A stretch of DNA of 64,000 nucleotides from Chrysomallon squamiferum (Eukaryota > Animalia > Mollusca). Where the stretch lies: assembly GCA_012295275.1 (NCBI GenBank), contig CM022671.1, positions 27,280,001 through 27,344,000 of the forward strand. The letters are read 5' to 3'. The notes under the pieces were generated by a model. The model was not told the DNA's origin. It saw only the letters and a list, made by a program, of their open reading frames with translations, and did not search any database. A program made the translations under genes and the position numbers. Below are positions 25,974 to 46,294 of this stretch, in pieces. The stretch's first letter is position 1. Every line of letters begins with the position of its first letter.

Positions 25974-28900
25974 CTATTTGTTTGATGCGTTACTGACACT
26001 CTCTTTCTCAATATCGTCAATAGTTTCTGGCAATGTGTATCCATGAGTGGCTGGCAACATGAACATCAGAAAACCAATTATACAAGTAATTGTTCCAAAG
26101 ATGGCAACAGGAAGAGAAGCTGAGTGTTTGTTCCCCTGCAGATAAATTAACAAAAATAAAATGAAACACTGAAAGAAGTACATATTAAAAAAAAAAAATT
26201 CTTTAAAACAAATTGAAATATAATCTATTGTCATAATATAATGCACTGAAAAAAATCTTAGAATAATGTTTGATTCTGGAAAAAACATGTCATACATATA
26301 GAATATCTTGTATAACAAGATGCTGCAGTCTGAACTTCATCATATTTCTTGTTTTCAGTAAGGTGTATAATAAAATTACACTTTCTTCTATTAAAGTATC
26401 TATGGTATACACAGATGACCATGGATACTTTAATAAAAAAATGTAACAGACAACATACCAGTGAGTCAATCTGCGGTGCTAAAACACTCCCAAGTCGAGC
26501 CCAGAAAGCACAGGTTCCTATCCCAATATTCCTGTTAAAATATATATTTTATTTTCTGTTAAATGTAAACAAAATCATTAAGGACTTACAGTTCCACAAT
26601 ATTAATTTTTGTTTTTTATTTTTTAAATTTACACTGTTCTGATTTTGAGTTTTCCATAAAATATGGTATTAATTTTAATTTTAAAATAGCATGAGAAATA
26701 GTTTAGCAAATAGTGATGACAATAGCCAGAACTAACCTTATCACTGTAGGGTACAATTCAGAGGTATACACAAAAGTAACACTGTACAAGCCAGCAATAG
26801 CAAATTTTCCAAGAATGGCTAATCCTGTTGCAACCTGACCATAGGCATCCCCATATTCTGTGAAGGTAAACATATGAATATAAATGATTGTTTTTTCTCA
26901 GGATAATTGCATAGTCTTATCTGGTTGATGAGTGCACATCAAGTCTGGTTTAAAAGCACGATGCTCTGCAACATCAGTGTACTGAACAGGCTATTTCCTT
27001 CCTCAGTCACTGCCCCACGGACTGTTTTAAAAATTGTGGTCTGTGCTTTTCTAACCATGAAAAAATGTGCCTCTGCTAGTTGAGTTACCACCAAAGGGCA
27101 GAAAAGAGTTTGTTCTATCATATTAGCTTTACATGAGAAGTGTATGATGAACATCTTATAACTATTAACCCCAACGTAGGCTGATATAAAGAACATTCAT
27201 TTATTAATTTTCTCTTCTTTAAGATTTTCTTGTATTTAAATTGAATGAAGTTATAAGTTATGTTTTAAATGAAAATAATAAACAATAATTTTTACTTGAC
27301 TCAGAAAGTACTCCTGCTACAATGCATGTTAAGGCAGCCACAAAGCTGAAAGCTATTGTAGGACTTCTACAACCATATCTGAAAACAGAAAATTAATTGA
27401 GTTATGTAGATGAAAACATTAGACTGCCAGAAACTTAAACAAAACAAAAACAACAATAATTTGGAATGGCTGAAACTATATTTGTACACATCAGCAAATG
27501 TTACAGTGGAAAAAAATAACCTCAGTCACAATGTGGCTTTTTACTGACAGCTATGGACTCTAACAATGAATAAATATAATATTTGTCTGGTAACACTAGT
27601 AAATAAGGAAATATGTTGTTTCTTTTGATGTTTGTACAAAATAAAGACAATACTGATACTTACAGTTGAATAGCAGCTAGTGCCAGAATGTAGGCAATCA
27701 TTTCTACACAGGCACTGACAAAGCTGTGCAGGTATTTGTTGCCTTCCACTGCTGTTATTTTGAATGTTAGACCATAGTAAGCAATCGCAATACACAACCT
27801 GCAGCATTGAAAACTCACTTTAAACTACATCTGTTTCAAAATACAATGTAAAAATAAGAATTACAGTAGTATTAAGCATTAAAATTAAACAAGTTTTAGA
27901 AGACTGTTTTGCTGTCAGCCTTGTTATTTTATTGCCAACATCTTTATTATTAGCAAAGTCTGACTGAAGGTGTCACATAAAACCATTACATGAAAGTATG
28001 TACTTTATTAGTTTTAGATGTTCATCTAGAAAATATAAGACACATCATTTAAAATATTTTAATTTAATTGACTTTCTCCTTTCTTTTATTTACGCTAATT
28101 AACAAATATATACTTTGATTAAAAAATATAAAAAATTAAAAAAATAAATTAAAAAAGATTTAATGAAAAATGAAAATGACTGTACCAGACATAAAACAAA
28201 ATTAAACTTCTTTTTCTTAATACTGGTGTTTTGATCAAATCTGCTAATGTGTAATGTTGAACTGTTGTGCTTCTGGATTTGACTTCATCCAGACATTTCC
28301 ATGGAACACTGAGCTTGTTAAATCTGGCAATTTTTACAACAGTTTCATCCAACAATGTAGTTTTCCTTTTCGAAAACATCCATCGAATGGATTCTGGAAT
28401 AAACCTGTGAAAATGAAAATCATTTTATTCCATATATATAAAATTAAAATTAGTTAATTAACAACATGACATACCTAACAAGTCAAACCTGAGCCAGTGT
28501 GTGTAGTGAGGAGGTGTGATGTTACCAATCACCAGTTCTCACTGTTCTCTAATTACTGTGATCTATAGGTAAGAATCATGCAATGTCTTTCCTTATTTTC
28601 TGTGATGCTGATTAAAAAATGTACACGTGACAAATGTTGTTTGTTTTTTGTTTTGTTCTACAATAACTAATTTTGATAACAATATCATGTGTCATTGTAA
28701 ATGATTTGAATCATACATTAAATATTTTGTGGACAATAATTTCAATGGCTATTTAAAAAACAAAACAAATTATGCTAAAAAGATTTTCTTAAAAACAAAT
28801 ATTAAATGCAGATGTTTTCATGAAATCCTCAGATGAAAAGTGAATACATAATTACCAAATCAAAATAATACAAGGCTAAATATGAGAACCTAATAAACAT

Positions 28901-30697
28901 TTAACATTAAAAATTATTATGAATAAAATATATTAATGTAGAATCACAGAATTAATAATTTATGGCAAGGAGAATCAAGAGTGAGAGATTTGAAAGTTTT
29001 CCATTTTCAAAGTAAAACTCACATGCAGTGTTTGATAATGTCTTCTGCTGTAGCATTTCTTTAGTGAAAGCACTTACCACATATAAAATGCAGACATAAA
29101 ACTAGGAAGATTAATAGCTAGATGTATATTGCGCCAGTCTCTAACAAAGTATGCAGTCCCAGCCAGGCAAAGGACACTGACTCCCCAGAAACATTCAACA
29201 ATTGCTCCTGCCAGTGGATGTAACTTTGATATAAATAGTTCAGCTACCAAACAGTATGTAGAAATATGTAGTCCCTGAGAAATAATAAAAATTAAATAAA
29301 TACAAAAATACAATGAACAAGTAAAGCAAAACAACAAATTAGAACAAATAAATAAAATAAACTAGCAGCTAATAATCCGATATATATAAAGATAAATAAT
29401 GGAAAATCTGACCCTGATGTATGTAAACTGGAGTGTATTTATGTAGAATAAAGACAATCACAACACTAATTTTCTATTTTAAATTTCTGCTAGCTTTTGT
29501 AAACTGAATTAAATTTCCTTGAACTAACCTTCCAAGTATTGGTAACAAATACAAACACATTACTTTTTTTTTAACCAAATGATTTCATCTCTGTCAGAAG
29601 CTTTAAAATAACTATTCATTAGTATTTCCATAAAAATTATATTTCAAAATTTTAATTCTTTTAAATGAAAGCACCAACCTGAATAAAAAATCCTTGAATA
29701 AATTTGATGGCAACAAACCATAAATATGTGGGTGCAAAGTATACAGCTGAACCACAACCTGCTGATAAGTACATTGTTGTTATCATTACTGGTCTTCGTC
29801 CAATCAAATCACAGAGGTAACCAAAGAACAGCCCTCCCAGCATGACACCACAGAAATAAATTGTTATGGCCAAGTCAGCTAGATATTCTCTATTGCAGAC
29901 CAAGTTCCACTATGTGGAAACATAAAGAATACAGGAAAAAAAAAAAAATGTATAAGAAGATCTTTTTGCAAAATAAAATTTTTCTTTTTTAAAAAAGGCA
30001 GCCCTATCAGTCAAATGTTATTGCAGGTTCATCATCACAGTTTGTATTAATTATAGCAGACACTATATGAACAGGTAAAACAGATGTTTTATTGTTTAAA
30101 TAAGGCTCAACTTGTTGTTAAAATTATGAGCCTTAAATCACATAAATGTATTTATATCCATATGGCATATATTAAAATTCAGTCTGATATGGAATGACCC
30201 CATTCCAAATTTGGCACCCTCTCACTATTATAATGCAATTTTTATGGGAAATTGAAGAAAAGTTTATCAGTATCTTGTTTATATATTAAAAATAAGGGGA
30301 CAATGTCTTATTTGGAATGAGGTTCCTTCCACTGTTATAAAACAGTTCAAAATTATTATCTATCATTTACCTCCATAGTAATAGTTGTTTCCCTTGACAT
30401 GGGATAAAAATGCCAAACTGTACATTCATATGTTTTGTTCTGACTGTGATCTACGTACTCACATTCTTTATCTCCAAATATCTTTGTATTGTTCTGATTC
30501 TGTATAATAATACCACATACATAATGAATCTTTGCTGCAGAAAATGCCAAAACCAGATGATTTGACACCAAGGGCATATAATTTATACACAGAAGACAAA
30601 ATACAAGTGTCTGAAATTTCCCAGGTACTCCAAGGCATCCAAGGACATCATCAATTTTGGCATGTTTGCCTCCTTCTGAATGATGATCACTTTCCAT
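25974..30697 (-). CDS. SLC22-family (MFS) organic cation/anion transporter-like protein, paralogue A, ~515 aa, 9 coding exons
   Basis: Exons read by hand: 30697-30371, 29909-29679, 29274-29078, 28404-28186, 27798-27664, 27378-27296, 26857-26737, 26531-26459, 26135-25974. All introns are GT-AG, phases are consistent and the total is 1548 nt. SLC22 motifs: GKFQ, four Cys in loop 1 ending E|WNLVC, DLIGRRP, FIPESIRW, ELYPTVIR, LPATHGYTLPET. Confidence 0.93.
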
Positions 30698-31005
30698 AAT
30701 TATTCTGCTAATAATTTTGACGAAGACCTGAAAGAAAAGAAAATAATTAATGTTTCTGGTATCTAACTTTGGAGCAGAAAATGTTTAAATAACAAATATC
30801 CACAGGATTTCAGAGAAGGAAATCAACAAAACAATGCTACCTGTTGTAATTCTAGAATTCATGTCATGCTGCTTAACAGATGCCTCTTATTTATATGGTT
30901 TTCCTTTGAAAGAGAGAAAAAAGCAATGAATACAATTTTTTGTCCGACTGTCAAATAATATTTAAAACATGATATTAATATTGTTAAATTTTAATGGTAC
31001 AAAAA

Positions 31006-31048
<43 letters not shown>

Positions 31049-33170
31049 CCAATTTATATTTATTCTATTACAGAAGTAACAGCATAAATATAAATAAACA
31101 AGTGTGTATGATGATATAATTTATGTCTGTCAGTGTTGGCAAAAATGATCAAAAACATAATTTGTAATAAAAACTTAATGAAAGTGAAATAGTCTAAGTA
31201 TTGTATTATTCTATTAATATCATTTAACAGTATCCAATTTTATAATTAAAAATCTTGTTTTTATATTTTATGGCTTAACGACAACGATTTTTTTAAATCA
31301 AAATTCCTAAGCATTATGATACTGTTACAAATAAAACTAAATCTTATATACTACTACTGGTTACAAATAATAATGCTAAAACAAACAACTTATTATTATT
31401 TATTTATTATTTTGCTTTATATATATATATATATATTTTTTATTTATTTATTTATTATTATTATTTTATTTTATTTATTTATTTTTATAAATATATATTT
31501 TTTTTAAAAAAGGGGTTCCATAACGTTCCCTCACCTGCTTAAAAAAATCCCACCCAAGTCAAGAAAAACGCTGGCAAAATATTCAAAACCAGACATTATT
31601 GACTGTAATTAAAATTGTAATGAAAAGTAATTACTGTTACTCGCGCCTGTATACGAAATTTTCTAAGTTATCAACACAAACATTAAACTAATTCTTTTCT
31701 AAAATAACTTTTATAATCAAACTGATGATGGCAATCCACCATTTTGTTACATAATTTTGAATATATTTGTATAAGGAAAAAAAAATAAATAAATAAATAA
31801 ATAAATAAAACTTATTAAAAATATATATATAATAATAATAATAAATAACAATAATGACAATAAATTATTTTTTTAAATAAAAAACTAAAAGCTAGGGAGA
31901 AGAGAAAAAAGTTACGAAAAATGAATAAATTAATTAATCACTAAAATATTAAAAAGGAATGCGTTTCATGTTAAATTTAATTATTGTTTTATAGAAACTT
32001 ATAATATCCTTGTCTCATAACATTTGCGGAGATGCAATGAAACTGCTGCTATTATTACAACTGTAGTAATAATAATAATAATAAAAGTGTTGCCGTAACC
32101 TCTTAATCATTGGTACTATATATTATGTTATACAAAACATTGTCTCATCATGATGTCTTGAATTTAAAACGTGATGACATTCTCAAGAGCCTTACGTCAT
32201 ACAGAAAAATGTCTTGATAACATTAACAACTATATAATCATTTATCATTATTGTGTTCTTGCTAGTATTTGCTTTGATTATGTTACGTGTTTATCTTAAG
32301 CAATACTAAAATTGCTTTAATGTGCATGTAACTTTTTTGTATTAGAATGACACCTCTGAATCCGATTTTTTTCTTCAGCTTTTATCACGAACAATCTTGA
32401 GTTAGGTTCGACACCTCATTACTTCATTTAAACATTTGTAGTAGTAGTAGTAGAAGTAATTTCAACAATAATAATTAAAATATTTTTATTATTTAAATAA
32501 TAATAAAAATAAATAGAAGCGTTTTAAAATATTAATTACAAAGTCACAAAATTATTATTACTGAAAAGAAATGAAATTTACAGAGAAAAAAAAATCATCT
32601 TGGACATGCTTACAGTTGTTTACAAATGTTTAAACTATATAATACGGCTTGGATACATTTTGGTTATCACTGTTTTTCATTTTCTTTCACTGCTTATTTA
32701 CTTAAACACACACGCACACACACACCTCTTTCATTTGTATTATACGTTTTCATATTTACCGCTGAATAGAGATTATGCGCATTTTGAATATATCTTAACT
32801 AATACATGATTTAGTATACATTATGATTATGGTTATTGTTTGTAAGTAGTAAAAATTATATCAGAAGATTTAATTCTAACTAACGAGAAGTAAAATAAAA
32901 ACAACAATACATGTAGTAATAATAATGTATGCAACAAAAACAATGATGCTAATAAAAAATTTAAATTTTTGTGTGCGTTTTATTGTATTATTCATTAAAC
33001 ATACTCTTACATTTACACATACATACATTTAAACTTGAATATTATATTAATGTGAACTTAAATGCAAATGTATACATGCACATATTTTTGGTTTCAATAA
33101 ATTTTTCTTTTGTTTTCCCTTTATAACAGAAAATATGACTGTCGGACTTTAATACTATTTTGATATTATT

Positions 33171-38837
<5,667 letters not shown>

Positions 38838-39809
38838 TTTGTTAACTGGTCGTAGTACTACAAAATAAAACATAAAGCAAATTGTTATTAATCTTAAATA
38901 ATAATAATAATAATAATAATAATAAGATAATAATAACTAATATAACGTATAAATGTTTCCAAATAAATATTTTAGCGTCAGTACCTGCATTTTACAGTAA
39001 TTCGAAACAATACGAAGCTCTGAATGCATTAACGGTTCTATTAGATTTATCACTCTTTTGAGATAATTTCTTTTTGTTTTTTTCTTCGTTGTTTCTCAAA
39101 AACTACATCTAAGGTGCGAAAAAATGTACCTTATTATTATTATTATTATTATTATTACTGCATTACATTAACTATAATTAGTGTAGAAGAAATACTGTAA
39201 TTACTTGTAATAATGCCTGTTTACGAAACTAATTTCAGACAATTTTTTGGCGACTATTAGATTTGCCGTGGATCTGGCATATCCAATAAGAAGTGTTATA
39301 ATATCCGACAACGGCGTGATGGCTTAAAATTGAATAACGCTGTTTTTAAACACGAATGACGACAAACTCTTCTACCTTAGTTTTCACGAATGTAAGTCAA
39401 AGGTATTCTTGGGTTAAAATTCCTTCGGATCAATATACCTTAAAGTCGAAAGACCTCACCATTTGTTTAAAAATAGTTAAAAGGTTCTCATTATAAATTT
39501 CATATGGTACCATATTGAAATTTTTGTTTATCAGGTAAAAAATAAATAAATAAATAAATAAAATAAAATAAAATAAATAAATATACTTAACCTAAAAAGT
39601 TTATCAACTTGACTGTAAATGACTGTTGATTACAAATAAAATAAAGTGATAAAACTTGGTAACATGCTAGTTGCATATGCCCTGACACGTTGGATAATGA
39701 AAGGAACACCATTTGTCATATCGCATGCCGCTATGTATACAACACTGCAAACTAGGTGCGCTCGTGCTGTCGCAGAAGCGCATGCAATACGGATGTATTG
39801 AAATTACAT

Positions 39810-40993
39810 TTTGATAGACTTAACGGAAAATCAACGTCAAGAAGCCGGCCAACGCGTACACAACGTCGCTTAGTACTTTCGTGCTCATGACAGTACCGCA
39901 TGACGACTCCGACAACATGTACATCACACTGGGCACGTGCGAGATCGACCACGTTCTGATAGACCACGATTAACCTACTCCAAGGGAAAGTCATCTCCAT
40001 GTCACAGGTTCGAAAGTGCTTCCGTTTAGCCCGTACTTTGCAGCAAACCACAAGCACTAGAATTCATGCTCAAACTACGTAACAGTCTCCATGGTGTTGA
40101 ATTGCAACCACGTCGCCCTGTTGTAGCTGTTCCCCTGACAGCGCATCACATTCAGGAACGTCTCAGATAGACCGGAATACACCAACACTGGCGACGCAGA
40201 CAATGGGATCAGACATTTATTCATAGACGAATCCAGGTTTTGAGTTCAGTTTGCGGATGGCAAGCGTCATATATGGAGGCGACGGGGAGAACGATATGAT
40301 GCAGACAACGTCATTCAACATGACCGATATGGCGGTGGCAGCGTCATGGGCTGGGCCGGAGGTAAAACAGATCTCGTTTTTATTCACGGAAACATGACCA
40401 CTCAACGTTACTTCGACGAGATCATTACAATAGCAGTTATTCCATTCCTTCAGCAGCATCCTGGCTTTTGGTTTCAACATGGCAGCGCTAGACCACAACT
40501 TACCTCTAGGCTAGCGACTAATCTTCTTGAACGGAACCACATACAAGTGTTGAACTGGCCAACAAATTCCTCTGACTTGTCCCCAGTTCAGCATGCATGG
40601 GACCTACTGGGATGTAAGGTACGCGAAAACCACCCTCATATTCTTAATGTCCTTGACCTAAAAATTGCTCTGAACCGGGAATGGAACGCAATTACTATTC
40701 CTGAGATTAATGCTCTCATTAGAAACACGAGATGACCATGCACTAATGTCATCAATGCCGCTGGTGCACACACACATTATTGTGCTTCTCTCACCATTTT
40801 GGTAGATGTACCTGTCTGTTTCATCAGTTGACATTAAAAGTAACTACGCTGACACCGCGAGAAACGCGTTACTGATGGCTACATACAGAAAAAATGTGTC
40901 AATGAAATAATGTGTACAAATAAATTCAACATCCAATCAGGTTGTCTGTATTTTATATCTTGTACGTAATTGCAAAACTTATTTGGCACAGTA
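39810..40993 (+). mobile_element. Decayed Tc1/mariner (Tc1-type) transposon: transposase pseudogene plus right end
   Basis: Translated fragments: TENQRQEAGQRVHNVA*YF..TGHVRDRPRSDRPRLT (HTH and GRPR-like linker), RRPVVAVPLT, FIDESRF, YGGGSVMGWAG, FQHGSARP (DNA motif decayed), WPTNSSDLSPVQHAW, AAGAHTHY. It ends in a TIR-like CTTATTTGGCACAGTATA. Stops and frameshifts are present; the left TIR was not found. Confidence 0.88.
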
Positions 40994-41056
<63 letters not shown>

Positions 41057-41427
41057 AAAAAAAAAAAATACTCTTAAAAACGACTGTGTTAAAGATCGAA
41101 GACCATGCGGGAGCAATCATAACAACACAAACTATGAATCTTGGAATATGAGCTTCACCATGCTGTTTGGAACACTACGCCCCTCAATGAAACAAGCAGT
41201 AAAACATCTACGATTGGATCAGTACACCGTTGAGGTTGCTATCCTGATCTATATATTGTATTGTGTTGTATTGTATGACTTTATGTGTCTTGTTATCATT
41301 AATATTCAATAAAATGGTATTTGAAAAATTCATATATCATTGTGCCTAGACTAGCTCTTACCCTCTGTAACTTGCAGCTTTTTCTTGATTACTTTTGGTG
41401 ATGATGGCAGTCTTTCATCTCTAAGAG

Positions 41428-41953
41428 TAGTGGTTCTCAAACTTTTTCTACTGCGGAACCACTAAAATTTAAATAAATAAATTAATTAATAAATAATGAA
41501 AAAATAATAATAATAATAAAAGTAAGTAAATAAATAAATAAATAAATAAATAATAAGTGCGGACCTTTGAAAGGTTTTACAGTTTCTTGGATAATTACAG
41601 TTAAAGTAAACCATTATAAGTTTTCAGAAATTTAATTTAGTTTTGAAATTATTCTAAAAGGGAAGCGAAATGAAATTATGTAATTGATCTTTGAAATATG
41701 ATTATTTTAAAATTTAAAACTTAACAAAAAACTCAGATTTTAATAATAATTTCAACTGAAATTTCTGTTCGTTATTTTTTAATATTTATTATGATGATGT
41801 AATGAAAACAGTTTATTTTCAAACCAAACAACTGATATTTTGAAATAATAAAATTGCTTATTATTATTATTATTATTATTATTATTTTATTTTATTTATT
41901 TACTTATTTAGTCATGGCTCTCTCGGACCACCAGTGGTCTTTGGGAATCACTG
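41428..41953. mobile_element. Old hAT (MER5/Charlie-like) MITE
   Basis: Termini TAGTGGTTCTCAAAC ... CTTTGGGAATCACTG with subterminal CGGACC/GCGGAACC motifs; TSD not preserved. Confidence 0.6.
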
Positions 41954-42275
41954 ACAATACAAGCAAATTTACTGTGACCCACAAAGGTAAAAGAAAAAGA
42001 ACATGATCACCGTTTATTACGTTGTTCGATACGGAAGCCAAACTAAGTAAGAGAACATAATTAATCATATCTATTTTGGAAAGTGAAATAAACATTAACT
42101 CATCTAACTGAAATTTTGTGACCGTATTAATAAATATTCTGAATTATTTGATTAAATTACTTACTTTTTTTTGTTATTCTTGTATGACGTCTTGCAATAG
42201 CTATGACGTTATTCCGAGTTATTACACGTGTGATGGACACGTAATAAGCTTGGCTTCTATTAAAACAATAAAACA

Positions 42276-42322
<47 letters not shown>

Positions 42323-42508
42323 GTCTTCTTCTGATATCATTTTAGTCTGATTTTCCAGTTTGTTTATGTCTTTTTCTATTAAACAATATATGTATGAGAC
42401 TGTGATGGAAATCATGGAAGTAATGCACTAGACTAAATTATTTTGGTATATTGGATACATTAATTAATTAAATAAATAAAATTAGATACACATACACAAG
42501 AATACTTT

Positions 42509-42511
<3 letters not shown>

Positions 42512-42580
<69 letters not shown>
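42512..42580. repeat. (AG)n microsatellite
   Basis: Direct reading. Confidence 0.97.
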
Positions 42581-42581
<1 letters not shown>

Positions 42582-42956
42582 GCATGTGAAAACAAATTTA
42601 TGAAAAAAAAATTGTTGTTAAATCAATACATATATATCATTTTAAACAAATATTTATTTATTTTTATAGCGTCTGCTATAATTTCTTGGCTAAACGATAA
42701 TATATTTATTTATCGGTGGTTATATCAAAAAAAAAAAAAAAAAGTATTATTATCTGTACTGTCATTTGACACTTAAACAAACAAACAAACGATATCTGTC
42801 TTGATGTTGTTAGATTTGGCTAGGTACGAAAGTCTAAATAAGCACATGCTTTGGGCACCAGTATTTACCCCCAAGTTATCATGCTCATAATCCTTTCACT
42901 GTAACCTCAATTCCGTTCCATGTACTTTACGCTGAATCGTAAATAAAATAATAATA

Positions 42957-43392
42957 CTGTTGACATTCGATTTCACGGACTAATAGAGTGTAACACCGGT
43001 CCGGAAAATGCAAAAATTCGATTGTAAACATTAACTCTGAAATTTACCGAAACATTAAACTTTAGTACGCATAACAGCTATACAATACAGTAATATAATA
43101 ATGTAAGAACAATATACAGACACAAAAACAGCATAAACAAATGTCATACGAAAGTATATGTATAAAGAAAAATGTACAGTGCAAAAAAATTTGCTACGTT
43201 GGGTGAAGTTTATTAGGTTACGATGAAAGAAGGTTGAGAGAGTGTTGCTGTGGTGGTATAGTGGGGCTCAAAATAGGTTAATAGTGCCCAAAGGTAAAGT
43301 TTCAAGTTTGAAATAGTGGTAAGTTTAAATTAAATTTTGAGATATTTCCAGAAATCCGGAAAACCGAGGTCCATTTTATCGAGGGTGAACAG
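42957..43392. mobile_element. Degenerate TA-flanked Tigger-like MITE
   Basis: Imperfect TIRs ta-CTGTTGACATTCGATTTCACGGAC ... GTCCATTTTATCGAGGGTGAACAG-ta; internal CCGGAAAA motifs near both ends. Confidence 0.6.
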
Positions 43393-46294
43393 TAATAATA
43401 AGAAAGAAATGGTATATAAACACCCATTTCCTGTGATTACAATTTTATTTAAAGGAAAAATCAATCAATAAATAAATATTATCAATAAATGAAGAAAATA
43501 ATAATTAAAAAAACACACAAAAAAAGTCAATAAATAAATAAATAAAAAGATTTATTTAATACTATTTTCTCCAGTTCATTAAAAAAAAAACTTAAAAGTT
43601 GAAAAAAAAAAAGAAAAAAAAAGATGAAATAATAATATAGGGTTATAAAGTTTTATAATGTTATAAATAAAAATGTTCTATGATTAAAGTTGAAAAAACA
43701 TAACAAGATTGAGGCTGTATTTAATTTAGTAATTAGATCTGCCTTGAAAAAAACACAAAAAAACATTATAAATTTTCAAAATTGTATTGTACCATCAGAT
43801 ATAATCTGAAGTTACTGAACATTTTAAAATCATCTGTTATTTTAGAATACAGACTTAAAAAAACATTTGAAAACAAAACTGTTGAAAATCAGTAATACAG
43901 TTTGATAGCAAATGAATTTTAATATTGATGACTAAGAATAAATATACTGTACTTGATTAAAAGATAAATCTGTTGCCACCAGTCCATCAGCTGTCTTTTA
44001 TACATTAGTATGAAATTCAGTGAAACATGTTTCTCAATACTGAGTGAAACAGGAAAACTTACTGGAACAGAAATTTTAGTCACACAGTATCACAAAACTG
44101 TTTCTCAGATGTTTACAATCTTTGCTTAAACACTGAGGAACCTCTTTCATATCATAACAATTAATGCACAGCATTGCAAAAGTACTTCTTTTTTAACTTT
44201 TGTATCATTATTTACATCAAACTAGTTAGATTTCAAAACAAATGACAACGATAATATTGCAACATTTTATTTGTTACAAACGAATAATACAAAATAATAT
44301 TCCTGAGCATGCGATATAAGTTAACGAACAATAAAATAAACAAAAGGATTCTAAATTTTATATAAATAAGCACCAAATTAAAACCAATGTGAAATGTACG
44401 AACACAAACTAAAAACAGAAAAGAATCTTTCTTCTTTTTAATGCAATTTGTTATGACCCTGTGGTGATTTGAATAAATAAACAAATAATAATTATAAAAG
44501 TTAACAGTACAATAAAGGATGGAATGGAAGCTGAGGATGTGACTTTTATTGAGATGTTATTGCATAAACCAATTTAAAAAAAAAATTAAAATAATATCAT
44601 AGAACAGTGATGCCACTGAATCACAGATTTTTGTACACTTCACTGTGCATAATGATCCTTTTAAATTGCTTATTTTATTATGATATTTTGTTCCCTTGTA
44701 TTTTAGCTATTTGGTCATTTCACCATTGTTCTCTTTAAAATGACACAACCAAAAACAAAACCATTTCAAATTTATAGTAAGAAATACAAACTATACAATG
44801 TAAGATTCATCTTTTTATTTTGCTAATACAATATTATGTTGAATCAAAATAAATTCAAATAATATTGGTTATAATAATAAAAAAATACAGTTCTAAAAAA
44901 TAAAAATAAAATACAGTTCTAAAAAATAAAAGTAAACAAATATAAAACTTAATAATCATAAAAGTGCAAGCAAAATAAAACTTATACTTTTTTTTTGTGC
45001 AATATATTATAAAAAATACTAATTCACAATATACCAAGCATCCACAAATCCTGCAAATTACCTTTACTAACAACAATTGCTTTAAAACTTCCATGTAGCT
45101 CATGTGTGCATATTACAAACAGTTTAAAAAGTATCTACAAAAACAATGACATTTAAAAAAAAAAATCAAATGTGTATATTGACAAGTAAATAAAAAGAGC
45201 TTCCAAAACCACTTTATTGTATAAGTTTCAATAACGAATTTAAAATCATTAAAATGAGATTCTCTAGTTAAAAGATATTAGTTTACTGTTTTGTTTACAC
45301 TGCAAACCAATCAAAACATTTTAAAACATTAGTACAATACAACAACACTTTCTATTTTCTTAAAATCTTAAAACTGATCAAGAAACAATTTAATCATTGA
45401 AATCACCTGATCATAAAACATGTGGTATTTTTAAGACATTGAAACATTCACGAACCATCCAAATTATAATCTGACTATAGATATGTTTCTTTGAAATTAA
45501 TTTAAAATATTTATACATTTTGTTGAATAAAAATTAACTCTTTAGCATAGTCATTTTTCTTTTAGTATATGGTGATATTGTGAAACATCTTTTTTGGGTG
45601 CATGTTTGTGTGTGTGTGAGTGCTTGTGTAAATATTCAAAAAGATCAGCACTGGTTTTTCAAATACAAACCAGATTTCATTTTCACCCTGATTTTAACTT
45701 TTGTTTTGCTATATTATACCAATGTTATAATATTTTTCAATTATGTTGTAAATCCACATACATTATAATCTGACTTTATCAATTATGAGTTGTACTTTAA
45801 ACCTTCTTTTTGTTAGTATTATAATGAATGAAAAAACATGCTGAACTTTCTGACAGATATCAGTAACTAAAAAAACAAAAACAAACAAAAAAACACCCTC
45901 AATTCAAGTTAAAAAACCCCAAATCCAACACTATTCTATGTTAAATGCAAGAACAATATATAAAAACCTGGTATCAAATTGTTTATGAAAGTAAATATGT
46001 AAAAATGTAAAAAAATATCTTCTACATATAAAATATATTAAAAAAATAGCCAAATAAATATATCCTAACATCTGCATAAGCAGCAAAATATAAGAATAGT
46101 TTTTATTCTAATGTATTTTATTACTGCTCATCACTGTTATTTAATCTTAGTGAGGCAGTCTTCTACCTGAATCAAAAAGCAGGATATAGATATATTTAAC
46201 ATTATGAAACTATGTTTCATAAATATATCAAAATAAATTTAAATGTTTTTTTGTTTTTTTTTTAGATTAAATGCATATACAAAGACATAATAAA

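Noticed and set aside
39752-40498. Minus-strand ORFs of 101 and 93 aa
   Set aside because: Antisense shadows of the Tc1 transposase pseudogene.
41090-41330. Possible LINE 3' end (AATAAA followed by A-rich tail)
   Set aside because: Too short and no recognisable reverse-transcriptase motif; cannot be supported.
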